A stretch of 64,000 nucleotides of DNA from Dehalococcoidia bacterium (GCA_030612025.1 JAUWOR010000005.1:48605-112604); one strand, 5' to 3'; positions 28,792 through 39,911 are shown, counted from the first letter of the stretch. Notes: a model not told the origin generated them from the sequence alone. Made by a program: numbers and translations.

Positions 28792-29990
28792 TACGTTGAA
28801 TAAGCGCTATTTATAGTAACATACTCCTCAGATAGGTCACAGCCCCAAGCAGTAGTCTTGGCCTCTCCTAAGTTTAGACATACTTTGATAATCACGCTAT
28901 CACTGTTGCTCAAGGCTATTTTCATTTCTTCCTTGTTGAAGGGTGCGGAGCAACCTTGCTTCATGACGCAAGTGTCGTTCAAATAGACATCCAGTTTGTC
29001 TTCTATTAGCTCTATCCCACTTCTTCCTAGAGCAGCAACAATGCGCCCCCAATTAGGGTCATTACCATGTATGGCTGCTTTCACCAGCGGCGAGCTAACA
29101 ATAGTTCGAACTGCCTGGCGAGCTTCAGCCTGCTGTATAGCTCCTTCCACGGTAACTTCTATAAGCTTGGTTGCCCCTTCGCCATCTCGAGCGATCGACT
29201 TAGCCAAATAAGTGCAAACCTCATCCAAGGCCTCTTGGAAAGCTCCACCATTGCCAAAGCTGATGATTTTATTACCAGCCAAACCGTTAGCTAGTAAAAA
29301 TGCACAATCGCTGGGACTGGTGTCACCATCAATGCTAATCATGTTAAAAGAGGTATCTACTGCGTCCTGCAGTGATGATTGTAAAAAGTCGGCATTTATT
29401 AAAGCATCAGTGGCTATGAAGCAGAGCATAGTAGCCAGATTAGGGTGGATCATGCCTGCCCCTTTAGCTACCCCAGCGATGATGAATTTACTTCCTTCCA
29501 CATCAACCCTAACTGCTATTTCCTTAGGCCTGGTATCGGTAGTCATTATTGCCTTAGTAAAATCGTGACCTCCATCTTCATTAAGCTCTGTCTCTTTAAT
29601 TCCATATCTTATACGATCCATAGGCAATGGTATCCCGGTTATGCCTGTGCTAGCTACAAGGACATCTTCAGCCTTGATAGCTAACTTTCTCGCTGTTAGG
29701 CTCGCCATTTCTGAGGCATCGGCTATGCCTTGCTCACCAAGGCAGGCATTGGCACATCCTGAATTTACCACGATTGCCTGTGCTTGTCTTCTTAATAAAT
29801 GTCTTTGGGATAGAATAACTGGTGCTGACTTAATCCGATTAGTGGTAAAGAAGCCGACAGCGATACAGGGCATCTCAGAGTAAAGAATGGCTAAATCAAG
29901 CTCATCCTTGGTCTTTATCCCAGCGTGAATTGCTCCAGCTAGAAACCCTTTTGCTGAGGTAATAGTGCCTGAGGGAATTAACTCAAACAT
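28791..29990 (-). CDS. argJ: Ornithine acetyltransferase / N-acetylglutamate synthase
   Basis: IMTTDT, KGAGMIHPNLATML, DGEGATK, WGCDLSEEYV.IN. Confidence 0.97.
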   Translation of the reverse strand: MFELIPSGTITSAKGFLAGAIHAGIKTKDELDLAILYSEMPCIAVGFFTTNRIKSAPVILSQRHLLRRQAQAIVVNSGCANACLGEQGIADASEMASLTARKLAIKAEDVLVASTGITGIPLPMDRIRYGIKETELNEDGGHDFTKAIMTTDTRPKEIAVRVDVEGSKFIIAGVAKGAGMIHPNLATMLCFIATDALINADFLQSSLQDAVDTSFNMISIDGDTSPSDCAFLLANGLAGNKIISFGNGGAFQEALDEVCTYLAKSIARDGEGATKLIEVTVEGAIQQAEARQAVRTIVSSPLVKAAIHGNDPNWGRIVAALGRSGIELIEDKLDVYLNDTCVMKQGCSAPFNKEEMKIALSNSDSVIIKVCLNLGEAKTTAWGCDLSEEYVTINSAYST

Positions 29991-30096
29991 AAAACCTTTG
30001 GCTATAAAAAGTTAATTAATACTATAGCACGTATTACTTTATCTATTCACTTTACCTTTTGGGGTTTGCGATGTAAAATCAATTTAAGGAGTAACT

Positions 30097-30843
30097 ATGT
30101 CGGGACATTCTAAGTGGTCACAGATTAAACGGCAGAAAGGGGTAGCTGATGCCAGGCGGGGGGAGTTATTTACCAAGCTTGCTCGGGAAATAATGGTGGC
30201 GGTGAGGCAGGGCGGGCCCAATTCAGAAAGCAATTTCCAGTTAAGGTTAGCAGTGCAGAAGGCCCGTGATAGTAACATGCCCCTGGAGAATATTGACAGG
30301 GCTATAAAGCGTGCCAGCGGTGGAGTTGAGGCATCTGATTTAGCCGAGGTAACCCTTGAAGGCTACGGACCGAACAGCGTGGCGGTTTTGGTAGCAGCAT
30401 TGACCAACAATCGTAACCGTACCATTCAGGATGTGCGTCGCCTTTTCACACGCCACGGTGGTAATCTGGGTGAGAGTGGCTGTGTCTCATGGCTCTTTGA
30501 AAGTAAAGGAGTAATTACTGTAGAAAGCGATGGCTCGGATGCTGAAGAAATAGCCTTGCAGGCTATCGATGTTGGAGCCGAAGATGTTAAGACGGAAAGG
30601 GGCTATATTGAAATCTACACTCAACCACAGGATTTGGAAAAGGTAAGAAAAGCCATTGAAGAGGGAAAACATATAATCTCTGCGGAGCTCTCCCTGATAC
30701 CTAAAACGACAATGTTATTGGATGAAAAGGAAGCAGCTCAGGCATTGAGCCTCCTCGACCATCTCGAGGAGCTAGACGATGTACAACATGTGTTCTCCAA
30801 TGTTGACTTCTCTGATGCCACTCTAGAGAAGCTGCGCGGTTAG
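30097..30843 (+). CDS. yebC: YebC/PmpR family protein
   Basis: MSGHSKWSQIKRQKG, EGYGP, LEELDDVQHVFSN. Confidence 0.96.
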   Translation: MSGHSKWSQIKRQKGVADARRGELFTKLAREIMVAVRQGGPNSESNFQLRLAVQKARDSNMPLENIDRAIKRASGGVEASDLAEVTLEGYGPNSVAVLVAALTNNRNRTIQDVRRLFTRHGGNLGESGCVSWLFESKGVITVESDGSDAEEIALQAIDVGAEDVKTERGYIEIYTQPQDLEKVRKAIEEGKHIISAELSLIPKTTMLLDEKEAAQALSLLDHLEELDDVQHVFSNVDFSDATLEKLRG

Positions 30844-30850
30844 GCATAGC

Positions 30851-31351
30851 ATGCGCATTCTTGGCATTGACCCCGGGACTATAAAGTTAGGCTATAGTAT
30901 AGTGGATGCTGAGGAAGAGACACAGGTGGTGGATTATGGGGTACTCAATTTCCCGCCTCGAATGCCTATAGAGGAAAGATTATGCTCTTTATATGTCGGA
31001 TTAAGCGAAATTATTGCCAAGCATAGGCCAGACGAGGTAGCTATTGAAGAGCCTTTTATTGGTCGTAATGTACACTCAGCGTTGGCTATTGGCCGGGCAG
31101 AAGCTGTTGCCATTTTGGCAACAGCTAACCAAGGATTACCCATCCACTATTACTCACCAGCCCAGGTAAAGAAGCAGGTAACCGGCTACGGACGAAGCGA
31201 TAAACAGCAAGTACAGGAAATGGTGAAAATCCAGCTTGGACTTCCTCAACTTCCTCAGCCCAGTGATGCTGCCGATGCCTTGGCTATAGCCATTTGCCAT
31301 ATTCAGCAGAGCCGCCTTAATCGGTGGCTCGCTAAACAGATATCGAAATGA
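30851..31351 (+). CDS. ruvC: Holliday junction resolvase
   Basis: ILGIDPG, VKKQVTGYG..DK, DAADALAIAICH. Confidence 0.96.
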   Translation: MRILGIDPGTIKLGYSIVDAEEETQVVDYGVLNFPPRMPIEERLCSLYVGLSEIIAKHRPDEVAIEEPFIGRNVHSALAIGRAEAVAILATANQGLPIHYYSPAQVKKQVTGYGRSDKQQVQEMVKIQLGLPQLPQPSDAADALAIAICHIQQSRLNRWLAKQISK

Positions 31352-31932
31352 TAGCTATTCTAGAAGGGACGCTGGAATATCGGGGCGTTGACTCGGTCAT
31401 CATCAATGTGGGTGGCATAGGCTTTCAGGTACATGTACCCGGCTCAACTTTAAGTCAACTGGGAGCCATCAACGATAAAGTCTCCCTTTATACTCATCTC
31501 CACCTGAGAGAGGATAATGTCTCTCTCTATGGCTTTGCCTCTGAGGAAGAGCTAGCTTTGTTCAAGAACCTCATTTCTGTCTCAGGAATTGGCCCCAAGG
31601 CAGCTTTAGCGTTGCTGTCTGCTTTGAATCCTGAGCAACTTGCTATGGCTATCGCCAGCGGTAATGTGGATGTCATCAGCCAGGTGCCTGGCATTGGCAA
31701 AAAAATAGCCGGCCGCCTAGTTGTCGAACTTAAGGGTAAGCTAGAGAGGGAGTGGAAGAAGGGGGCAGTCTTGCCTTTAGCTGCAGAAAATACTGATGCC
31801 ATAGCTGCCTTAACTAACTTAGGCTATTCCCTAAGGGAAGCCATCCAGGCTGTCTCTAATCTCCCTGATTCTGCAGAACTGAGCCTGGAGGAGAAGGTTA
31901 AAATGGCACTACAACAATTGGCGGCAAAATGA
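31348..31932 (+). CDS. ruvA: Holliday junction branch migration protein
   Basis: LYGF, VSGIGPK.AL, VPGIGKK.A.R. Confidence 0.96.
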   Translation: MIAILEGTLEYRGVDSVIINVGGIGFQVHVPGSTLSQLGAINDKVSLYTHLHLREDNVSLYGFASEEELALFKNLISVSGIGPKAALALLSALNPEQLAMAIASGNVDVISQVPGIGKKIAGRLVVELKGKLEREWKKGAVLPLAAENTDAIAALTNLGYSLREAIQAVSNLPDSAELSLEEKVKMALQQLAAK

Positions 31933-32786
31933 ACAGAGTGGCTGTGGTCACTGATAGCGTTGCCTCTCTGCCACAGGAAGTGATTGACAAATACAATATT
32001 CATATCATTCCTGTGCGGCTCACAATTGAGGGCAAGGTCTATCGGGATACTGATGAAGACTTACCTCCAGAGATAGTTCACGAGTTTCAAAGACTGCCGC
32101 AGATTGATACAACTCCCTGGCCCCCAGAATTTTACTTTCAGGAATATGAGAAGCTGAGTCAGAAAGCAGATAACATAGTTCACGTTGTTTGCTTTTCTCA
32201 GTTTACCTCAACAATTTCCTTAGCCAAGGCAGGAGCAAAGATGGCACAAGAAGCTATACCCCATCTAAAGATAGAAGTATTTGATTCTGCAACAACCACT
32301 ATGGCTCAAGGCTTTATCGCCTTAGCAGCAGCTCGGGCTGCTGCCAATGGCAAAGATATAAATGGGGTAGTTGAAGCTGCCAATGCCATTAAATTGAAGG
32401 TAAATTCAATTTTCGCCTTTGATACTCTGAACTACTTAGCTAGGACAGGGCGCATCAATAAATTAGCTGCCTGGGCAAGCTCTTTGCTCAAAGTGAAGCC
32501 GCTCGTTGGCCTTTCCCAGGGCGAGGCACATCCTCTTTCCTTAGTTAGAAATCGGTCACAGGCTATTAGAAATATCGTCAAGACGATGCGTGGCAGTATC
32601 GAGTCTGAAAAGCCATTGCATGTGGCTATAATGGATGTTGAATGTCCCCACGAAGCAGAAGAGCTGGCAAATATGGTCAAAGAGCAATTTCAACCTGCTG
32701 AACTTTACATAACACAATTTACCTCTGTTATGCAAATTGTCGCTGGGCCAGATATACTAGGCGTTGCTTTTTATTGTGGTGAGTGA
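31929..32786 (+). CDS. DegV/FakB family fatty-acid binding protein
   Basis: VVTDS, FDS.T..MAQG, TLNYLARTGRI, GPDILGVAF. Confidence 0.93.
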   Translation: MNRVAVVTDSVASLPQEVIDKYNIHIIPVRLTIEGKVYRDTDEDLPPEIVHEFQRLPQIDTTPWPPEFYFQEYEKLSQKADNIVHVVCFSQFTSTISLAKAGAKMAQEAIPHLKIEVFDSATTTMAQGFIALAAARAAANGKDINGVVEAANAIKLKVNSIFAFDTLNYLARTGRINKLAAWASSLLKVKPLVGLSQGEAHPLSLVRNRSQAIRNIVKTMRGSIESEKPLHVAIMDVECPHEAEELANMVKEQFQPAELYITQFTSVMQIVAGPDILGVAFYCGE

Positions 32787-32789
32787 AAT

Positions 32790-34784
32790 ATGCCTCGGTT
32801 TAAACTTACCTCTGATTTTCGTCTTACCGCTGATCAGCCACAGGCAGTAGATAAGCTGGTTAGTGGGCTGGAGAAAGGCTATCAACAGCAAACGCTGATT
32901 GGTGTCACTGGCAGCGGCAAGACCTTTACTATGGCTAATGTTATTGAGAGAGTGCAAAGACCAACTCTGGTTATTTGCCATAATAAAACCTTGGCTGCTC
33001 AGCTAGCCACGGAATTCAAGGAATTCTTCCCCAATAGTCCTGTGGGGTATTTTGTTAGTTATTATGACTACTATCAGCCAGAGGCTTATATTCCCGGTAC
33101 TGATACCTATATTGAGAAGGAAACCGATATCAATGAAGAAATTGATAAGCTACGCCATGCAGCTACCAGAGCTCTCTTTGAGCGTCGGGATGTAATTATA
33201 GTGGCTTCGGTCTCCTGTATTTATAGCTTGGGGCCACCTGAGGAATATCATGGCTTTGCAGTCACGGTAAAAAGGAACGGGAATTACAAGCGAGATAAGC
33301 TGGTTCGCCGCCTTGTGGATATGCAATATGAGAGGAACGATTTTGAGCTCACCCGAGGTAAATTCCGTATCAGAGGTGACACCCTGGAAATCCAGCCAGC
33401 CTATGAGGAAACAGCCCTGAGAATCGAGTTCTGGGGGGATGAAATTGACCGCATTGTAGAGGTTGATCCCCTTACTGGCGAGTTACTGGCTCACCTTGAG
33501 CAAGTGGATATTTATCCTGCTAAGCACTTCGTTACTCCTTATGATAAGCTGATGGCGGCAATCGAAGATATCAAGGCTGAGCTAGAGCAAAGGCTAAAAG
33601 AGTTAAGGGCTGATGATAAGCTGCTGGAAGCTCAGCGGCTTGAGGCGCGGACTAACTATGATATCGAGATGCTTCAGGAAGTGGGTTATTGCACCGGGGT
33701 AGAAAATTACTCCCGACACCTTCAGCGGCGCGCTCCAGGAAGCACGCCATGGACTTTGCTGGATTATTTTCCCAGTGATTTTTTGATGTTCATCGATGAA
33801 TCACATATGACCCTACCTCAGATAAGAGGCATGTATCATGGCGACATCTCGCGGAAGCAAACTCTGGTTGATTATGGTTTTCGTCTTCCTTCAGCTTTAG
33901 ATAACCGCCCACTGAATTTTGAGGAATTCGAGGAACGCATCAACCAGGTTATCTATGTTTCAGCTACCCCGAAACCATACGAATATGAGCATAGCCAACA
34001 GGTGGTTGAGCAACTAGTCCGACCTACCGGGCTGCTGGAGCCTAGCATAGAGGTCAAGCCAACTAAAGGGCAAATTGATGACCTCATTTATCAGATAAAG
34101 ACCCGGGTGGATAGAGGGGAACGTTGCTTGGTGACCACTTTGACCAAGAGGATGGCTGAGGAATTAAGTGACTACCTCAGGGAGATGGAAATAAAGACTC
34201 ACTATCTTCACTCTGAGGTTGAGACGCTGGAGAGGGTGGAGATTCTCCGTGATCTTCGTCTCGGCGTTTATGATGTGGTTGTGGGTATTAATTTGCTTCG
34301 TGAGGGGCTGGATTTGCCCGAGGTAAGTTTGGTAGCCATACTCGATGCCGATAAAGAAGGCTATCTCAGGTCAGAGGAAGCGCTTATCCAGACAATGGGG
34401 CGGGCTGCCAGACATGTGAATGCTCATGCCATAATGTATGCTGACTCTATTACTACCTCCATGCATAAAGCGATAGAGGAAACCTCCCGCCGACGGAAGA
34501 TTCAGGAAGCTTATAACAAGGAGCATGGTATAACCCCACAAGGGATTAAAAAGGCAATCAAGGACATAACTGAGCGAGTTCAAGCAGTGGCGGAAACTCG
34601 AATCCCTTACATGGTCACCCCTATTTCCAGAGAAGAGATGCTTCGCCTCATCAAACAGCTTGAATCCCAGATGAAAGCAGCGGCTAAGAATCTAGAGTTT
34701 GAGAAGGCTGCTCTCATCCGTGACCGCATCATGGAATTAAGAAGGGACGAGGAATTGATCTCACCTCTAGCCAAACTCAGGTAA
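32790..34784 (+). CDS. uvrB: Excinuclease ABC subunit B
   Basis: [23 protein letters not shown]-terminal UVR domain. Confidence 0.98.
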   Translation: MPRFKLTSDFRLTADQPQAVDKLVSGLEKGYQQQTLIGVTGSGKTFTMANVIERVQRPTLVICHNKTLAAQLATEFKEFFPNSPVGYFVSYYDYYQPEAYIPGTDTYIEKETDINEEIDKLRHAATRALFERRDVIIVASVSCIYSLGPPEEYHGFAVTVKRNGNYKRDKLVRRLVDMQYERNDFELTRGKFRIRGDTLEIQPAYEETALRIEFWGDEIDRIVEVDPLTGELLAHLEQVDIYPAKHFVTPYDKLMAAIEDIKAELEQRLKELRADDKLLEAQRLEARTNYDIEMLQEVGYCTGVENYSRHLQRRAPGSTPWTLLDYFPSDFLMFIDESHMTLPQIRGMYHGDISRKQTLVDYGFRLPSALDNRPLNFEEFEERINQVIYVSATPKPYEYEHSQQVVEQLVRPTGLLEPSIEVKPTKGQIDDLIYQIKTRVDRGERCLVTTLTKRMAEELSDYLREMEIKTHYLHSEVETLERVEILRDLRLGVYDVVVGINLLREGLDLPEVSLVAILDADKEGYLRSEEALIQTMGRAARHVNAHAIMYADSITTSMHKAIEETSRRRKIQEAYNKEHGITPQGIKKAIKDITERVQAVAETRIPYMVTPISREEMLRLIKQLESQMKAAAKNLEFEKAALIRDRIMELRRDEELISPLAKLR

Positions 34785-34880
34785 ATTGATGGATAGCCCT
34801 CGAATCTTTGGTCTGGCTTTTCTATATAAGACACGCTGTAGTTGACCTCTTGACATATGAATTAAGCGTTACTAATAATT

Positions 34881-35474
34881 GTGATACCGATGGCAAGTAG
34901 TTTAAGTGAGGATGTAGAGAGATTGCGACAAGGCCTTGAGGGCTTGCCTTCACCTCAAGTAGAGCCTCCATTTGTTGTAGTTAGTGGCTTGCCGGGCACA
35001 GGCAAGTCTTTTTTCTGCTGTAAGTTAGCTGAGAGGCAACCTTTTATTATCTTGGCAAGTGATGTCTTGCGCAAAATCTTGTTTCCCTGCCCAATGTATG
35101 ATAAGGATGAAAACAAGCAGTTTTTCCCTGCTTGCCATGCTCTTATTGAGGAGCTTCTAAAGAGGGGAATACCGATTATTTTTGATGCTACAAACCTATT
35201 GGAGAGGCATCGGGAACACCTCTATCATATTGCTGACAAGACGGGAGCGAAACTCATCCTGGTTGGTGTTGAAGCTCCTCCAGAGGTAGTGCGGCAACGT
35301 CTTCTTGCACGGGAAAGGGGAGTGGACCCGCAAGATGACTCGCAAGCTGGCTGGGGTGTGTATCAGAAAATGAAACCCCGGAAGGAAAAGATTTCCCGTA
35401 ATTATTTTGTCGTTGATACTTCACGAGATATCACTCCAGCAATCGATAAGATTGTGCGCCTAATAAAGAAATAA
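34881..35474 (+). CDS. AAA_33 family P-loop kinase
   Basis: SGLPGTGKS, SDVLRK, IFDATN. Confidence 0.85.
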   Translation: MIPMASSLSEDVERLRQGLEGLPSPQVEPPFVVVSGLPGTGKSFFCCKLAERQPFIILASDVLRKILFPCPMYDKDENKQFFPACHALIEELLKRGIPIIFDATNLLERHREHLYHIADKTGAKLILVGVEAPPEVVRQRLLARERGVDPQDDSQAGWGVYQKMKPRKEKISRNYFVVDTSRDITPAIDKIVRLIKK

Positions 35475-35565
35475 ACAAATTTTTTCCCTCAACCCCTTCA
35501 ATTCTTTGGCTAAAACGAGTAAAATTATATGTTTCGAAAAATTGTATATACCCTGAGGGATAAAT

Positions 35566-37059
35566 ATGGAAGTTAAAGTTATCGCTGGAGATATAACCCA
35601 GATCGAGGCTGATGCCATTGTAGTGAATCTTTTTGAAGGAGTGGAGCAGCTTGGTGGTGCCACTGCTGCTGTAGATAAAGCTTTGGATGGGGGCGTAACT
35701 CGGCTCATTAGCAATGGCGAGATTAAGGGCAAGTTTGGGGAGGTTGGTATTATTCATACCCTTGGCAAGCTGCCAGCGGGAATAGTGGCTGTTGCTGGGC
35801 TAGGTAAGCGCCAGGATTTCACTCTGGATAAAGTTCGGGGAGTAGCGGGGGAGTTCTGCCGTTCTTTACGGAAGTTAAATTGTCATAGGATAGCCACAAT
35901 ACTTCATGGTGCTGGCATTGGTGGCATTGAGCCTGAAGCTTCAGTTGAGGCAATAGTGGAAGGTAGCCTTCTCGGGCTCTATAGCTTCACCAGATATAAG
36001 AAGCCTGAGTACGAGGGTGTTAAGGAAATACTGATAGTGGAAAGAGAAGTGGATAAACTTCCAGCCTTGGAGCGAGGTGTTCAAAAGGGGAAAGTAATGG
36101 CGGAAGCTACCGCTCTGGCTCGTGATATGGTTAATGAGCCGGCTAATTGCATGACGCCCAGCCGTATGTCTGAAGTAGCTAAAGAAATAGCCAACGAGCA
36201 TAACCTGGTATTTAATGTGCTTGACTCAAATGACATGGAGGCGATAGGCATGGGGGCACTTCTTGGTGTGGCAAAGGGAAGCAGCCAAGCCCCAAAGTTA
36301 ATAACTCTCAGCTATAAAGGAGATGTAAGTTCTAAAAACGCCATTGGCTTTATCGGCAAGGGCGTTACCTTTGATTCCGGAGGGATTTCCATTAAGCCGT
36401 CGGAGGGCATGGGTGAGATGAAGGATGATATGGCTGGTGGGGCTGCAGTCATGGCGGCACTTAGTGCTATCGCTCAATTGAAACTAAAGATTAACGTTGC
36501 TGGTATCATCCCCGCTACTGAGAATTTACCCAGTGGCAGTGCCTTGAAGCCAGGAGATGTATTGAAGGCGATGAGTGGCAAGACTATAGAAGTTATAAGC
36601 ACTGATGCTGAAGGAAGGCTTATTTTAGCCGATGCCCTGAGCTATGCTGTGAAACAAGCTTTTTCTCCCCTGGTGGATGTGGCTACTTTAACAGGAGCCT
36701 GTCGCGTTGCCTTAGGTACTGGATATAGTGGCGTTTTTGGCAATGACCAAGAGCTAGTAGATAAAGTTCTTAAGGCTGGTAGCGAAGCTGGGGAGAAGTT
36801 GTGGCAATTGCCTATGCCTGAGGAATATAAGGAGCAAAATAAAAGTGAAATTGCTGATATTAAGAATACCGGTGATAAGTATGGGGGGGCTATCACCGCC
36901 GCTCTTTTCTTAGCTGAATTTGTAGATAATACTCCTTGGGTTCATCTTGACATAGCAGGCACTGCCTCAAGCAGTAAGGAAAGTGGCTGCATAGTGAAAG
37001 GAGCTACTGGAGTAGGAGTCAGAACTTTGGTCGAATTAGCTTTATCACTAGCCAAGTAA
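35566..37059 (+). CDS. pepA: Leucyl aminopeptidase (M17)
   Basis: GKGVTFDSGG, MKDDMAG, TDAEGRL, ATLTGA. Confidence 0.96.
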   Translation: MEVKVIAGDITQIEADAIVVNLFEGVEQLGGATAAVDKALDGGVTRLISNGEIKGKFGEVGIIHTLGKLPAGIVAVAGLGKRQDFTLDKVRGVAGEFCRSLRKLNCHRIATILHGAGIGGIEPEASVEAIVEGSLLGLYSFTRYKKPEYEGVKEILIVEREVDKLPALERGVQKGKVMAEATALARDMVNEPANCMTPSRMSEVAKEIANEHNLVFNVLDSNDMEAIGMGALLGVAKGSSQAPKLITLSYKGDVSSKNAIGFIGKGVTFDSGGISIKPSEGMGEMKDDMAGGAAVMAALSAIAQLKLKINVAGIIPATENLPSGSALKPGDVLKAMSGKTIEVISTDAEGRLILADALSYAVKQAFSPLVDVATLTGACRVALGTGYSGVFGNDQELVDKVLKAGSEAGEKLWQLPMPEEYKEQNKSEIADIKNTGDKYGGAITAALFLAEFVDNTPWVHLDIAGTASSSKESGCIVKGATGVGVRTLVELALSLAK

Positions 37060-37145
37060 TGTTAGCTGTGAGTGGAGCGAAGCAAATTAAATAGGGTGAT
37101 CCTCGCCCGCCCATCCCTTTATCTGGCGAGGTAGAGGAGGTTATT

Positions 37146-37793
37146 ATGATTATAAAGTGGTTAGGTCATGCTTGTTTTTTGATTACATCTGAGGAGGGGC
37201 TGAAGGTAATTACTGACCCCTATACCGTGGGCGGAAGTATTAATTATTCTCCTATTAGAGAAGTTGCTGATATTGTGGTGGTAAGCCATGGTCATGCTGA
37301 TCACAATAATGTTTCAGCGGTGCGAGGAAAACCAGAGGTAGTTAAAGATAGCGGCACAAAAACTGCTAAAGGAGTTCAGTTTAGAGGCGTGGCTACTTAT
37401 CATGATACCGCTCAAGGTAAGCAAAGAGGAACCAACACCGTTTTTTGTTTTACCTTGGATGACATAAAACTCTGCCATTTGGGTGACTTAGGACATTTGA
37501 TTAGCCAAGGGCAAGTCAATGAAATTGGTGCCGTAGATATACTGTTTATTCCTGTAGGTGGCTTTTATACTATTGCTGCTGCTAATGCTAGCCAAGTATG
37601 TGATCAGCTAAAGTCGAAGGTAATAATCCCGATGCATTTTAAGACGCCTCAGTGTACTTATCCTATAGCCGGCGTTGATGATTTTCTCCGCGGTAAGGTG
37701 AATGTGGAAAAAATGGATTCTAGCGAGATTGAGTTTAAACTTGATGAGCTACCGGCGGTCACCCAGATTGTGGTCTTGAAGCCAGCTTTGTAA
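37146..37793 (+). CDS. MBL-fold metallohydrolase
   Basis: WLGHACF, SHGHADH, HLGDLG, IPMHF. Confidence 0.9.
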   Translation: MIIKWLGHACFLITSEEGLKVITDPYTVGGSINYSPIREVADIVVVSHGHADHNNVSAVRGKPEVVKDSGTKTAKGVQFRGVATYHDTAQGKQRGTNTVFCFTLDDIKLCHLGDLGHLISQGQVNEIGAVDILFIPVGGFYTIAAANASQVCDQLKSKVIIPMHFKTPQCTYPIAGVDDFLRGKVNVEKMDSSEIEFKLDELPAVTQIVVLKPAL

Positions 37794-37873
37794 TTAACAA
37801 AACAATGTTAGCTGCGAGTGAAGCGAAGCAATCATGGTGGGAGCATTGGGTAAATGGTCTATAGCTAAAAGTA

Positions 37874-38602
37874 ATGATTTTTAAAACCTCTGATTTTGTT
37901 TTTACACCTCCCCCACGGCTTTCCTGGGCAAGGCGCGTGTTAATCAAACCTTGCGCTGGTTACCCCTTGCCGTATCCGGTGACTACCAGCCCTGAAATAT
38001 TGAATATCATTATCGAGGGCATCAGGAAAGTCAGCGATGCTGATATCATCATTGCTGATGGGATTCCCGGTGGGGAGTCAATATATCCAATATACCAAGC
38101 TTTAGGATATAGTTTTCGCCATGTGCTTATGCTTGATGTCAGGGATTCCATTTTCTTGGAGATAGAGAATCCGCTGACCAAATTTTTTGCCACGCCTACT
38201 TTCTGGGTGCCTAATGCAGTCTTACGCAGCGACTTCTTGATCAGTGTGACTCCCTTTAAGGTTTGTGGCAATAGAGGTCGTTTTAGTATAGCAAATCTGC
38301 TAGGTTTACTGCCAGTGAGTAAATATCGGATCGGTGAAGAAGGATGGGGCGCCTTGTGCGAATTAGGAATAGAGAGAGTGCTTGCTGATCTTTATTACAC
38401 TTTGCCCTTCGACTTGGGGATTATCGAAGCCCGTCAAAAGTTTTTCTATACTGATGATCCAAGGAAGGGGAGGATAGAGGAATGTGGCAAGATCCTTATT
38501 GGTGAACCGCATGAAGTTGATCGTGAAGCTGCACAATTGGCCCAGGTGGAGTGTGAGTACTTAAATCTGATTGACGAGAGTAGAAGTCAACTTGAGGATT
38601 AA
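37874..38602 (+). CDS. DUF362-like protein
   Basis: VLIKP....PYPVTT, IIIADG, DFLISV pattern. Confidence 0.65.
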   Translation: MIFKTSDFVFTPPPRLSWARRVLIKPCAGYPLPYPVTTSPEILNIIIEGIRKVSDADIIIADGIPGGESIYPIYQALGYSFRHVLMLDVRDSIFLEIENPLTKFFATPTFWVPNAVLRSDFLISVTPFKVCGNRGRFSIANLLGLLPVSKYRIGEEGWGALCELGIERVLADLYYTLPFDLGIIEARQKFFYTDDPRKGRIEECGKILIGEPHEVDREAAQLAQVECEYLNLIDESRSQLED

Positions 38603-38605
38603 GAA

Positions 38606-38692
38606 ATGCAAAAAGCAAAAATACAGAGCAAAAATCAAAAAGTTTTGCATTTTGAGGCGTCATTTTGATTTTTGACCTTCGACTTTTAATTC
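38606..38692. repeat. A-rich/T-rich heptamer inverted repeat between convergent genes
   Basis: GCAAAAA/GCAAAAATCAAAA ... TTTTGATTTTTGA; likely long hairpin or bidirectional terminator. Confidence 0.65.
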
Positions 38693-38701
38693 TCTGCTAC
38701 G

Positions 38702-38986
38702 CTAGTATCTTATGCTAAAATCAGTGAACTCTCCTGAATAACCTGACCAAGCTACTTCCACCCTATTGACCCAAGCCCCTGGTGGGCCTATTTTAAGTTG
38801 CTCTATTAGTTTCTCTAGTTGCTGTTTATCTCCCTCGGCTTGAACTTCTACTGCATCGCCACTGGGTAGGTTGCGCACATAACCTTTTAGTCCCAACTTT
38901 TTAGCTACATTCTTTACAAAATAGCGAAAAAAGACGCCTTGCACGCGACCATAAACTTTAGCTGAGAAACAAGCCATTTCCGCCAT
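38702..38986 (-). CDS. acyP: Acylphosphatase
   Basis: GRVQGVFFR, GYVRN, GPP.A.V. Confidence 0.95.
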   Translation of the reverse strand: MAEMACFSAKVYGRVQGVFFRYFVKNVAKKLGLKGYVRNLPSGDAVEVQAEGDKQQLEKLIEQLKIGPPGAWVNRVEVAWSGYSGEFTDFSIRY

Positions 38987-38987
38987 T

Positions 38988-39911
38988 TTAAAATCTCACA
39001 ATTATAGGTCTGGCTCTATCCAGCCGATTCAGCCCTGCTTGGTGAGCTAGCTCTACAGCCTCCTGAAATTCTGCTGTTGAAATTGGCCGTGCCAAACTTG
39101 GGATCTCATAAGCTTTGTAACATGGGTGATATTGAGCCATGATGTTGCTGTAAGTATTTAAGGAAATTTGCTCACTAATGAAATTTACCACCTCTTTTGT
39201 TCCTGCTAATCCGTTGGGCAAGACCAGATGGCGCACTAAAAGCCCCCGTTGAGCTATTCCATCTTCGTCTATTTTTAGGTCGCCTACTTGGCGGCGCATT
39301 TCCTTAACTGCTGCCCTGTTTACCTGCGGGTAGTTTTCAATCCCTGATAGTTCTTTGGCAATGCTTTTATCGCTATACTTCATATCAGGCATATAAATAT
39401 CAACAATGCCGTCAAGGATGTTCAGGGTCTCCACTGAGTCATAGCCACCAGAGTTGTACACTAGGGGGAGGTGTAATCCTGACTCTACTGCTACCTCTAG
39501 CGCCTCTAATATTTGGGGGACTACATGTGTGGGCGATACCAGATTTATGTTGTGGCATCCTTGAGCTTGAAGGGAAAGCATCATGCAAGCTAACTCTTGC
39601 TTGTTCACCTTTTCGCCTTCGCCTAGCTGGCTTATGGAGTAATTTTGGCAGAAAAGGCATCTCAGATTGCAGTTAGTGAAAAAAATAGTACCTGAACCAC
39701 GCCTGCCCACCAGCGGTGCTTCCTCACCGAAGTGAGGTCCATAGCTGGATACTATGGCTTCGCTTGCTGTGCGACACCTTCCTACTTCACCCTCGAGGCG
39801 GTTGACACCACAGTGATGAGGGCAAAGATGGCAACTCTGTAATAGGGATTTAGCCGCCTCTATTCGTTCCTTCAGCTTGCCCCTGTGGAAAAGTTCCGTG
39901 TAAGCTGCCAC
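38988..39911 (-). CDS. PflX-like radical SAM protein
   Basis: CHLCPHHCGVNR, HFGEE, CNLRCLFCQNY, LVRHLVLP; GTG start at 39911 preferred. Confidence 0.88.
   Translation of the reverse strand: MAAYTELFHRGKLKERIEAAKSLLQSCHLCPHHCGVNRLEGEVGRCRTASEAIVSSYGPHFGEEAPLVGRRGSGTIFFTNCNLRCLFCQNYSISQLGEGEKVNKQELACMMLSLQAQGCHNINLVSPTHVVPQILEALEVAVESGLHLPLVYNSGGYDSVETLNILDGIVDIYMPDMKYSDKSIAKELSGIENYPQVNRAAVKEMRRQVGDLKIDEDGIAQRGLLVRHLVLPNGLAGTKEVVNFISEQISLNTYSNIMAQYHPCYKAYEIPSLARPISTAEFQEAVELAHQAGLNRLDRARPIIVRF

Noticed and set aside
30851-32786. Absence of ruvB (and of dnaJ, gatB, argC) from their usual operons
   Set aside because: Split operons are common and the genes may be elsewhere; this cannot be judged from one window.
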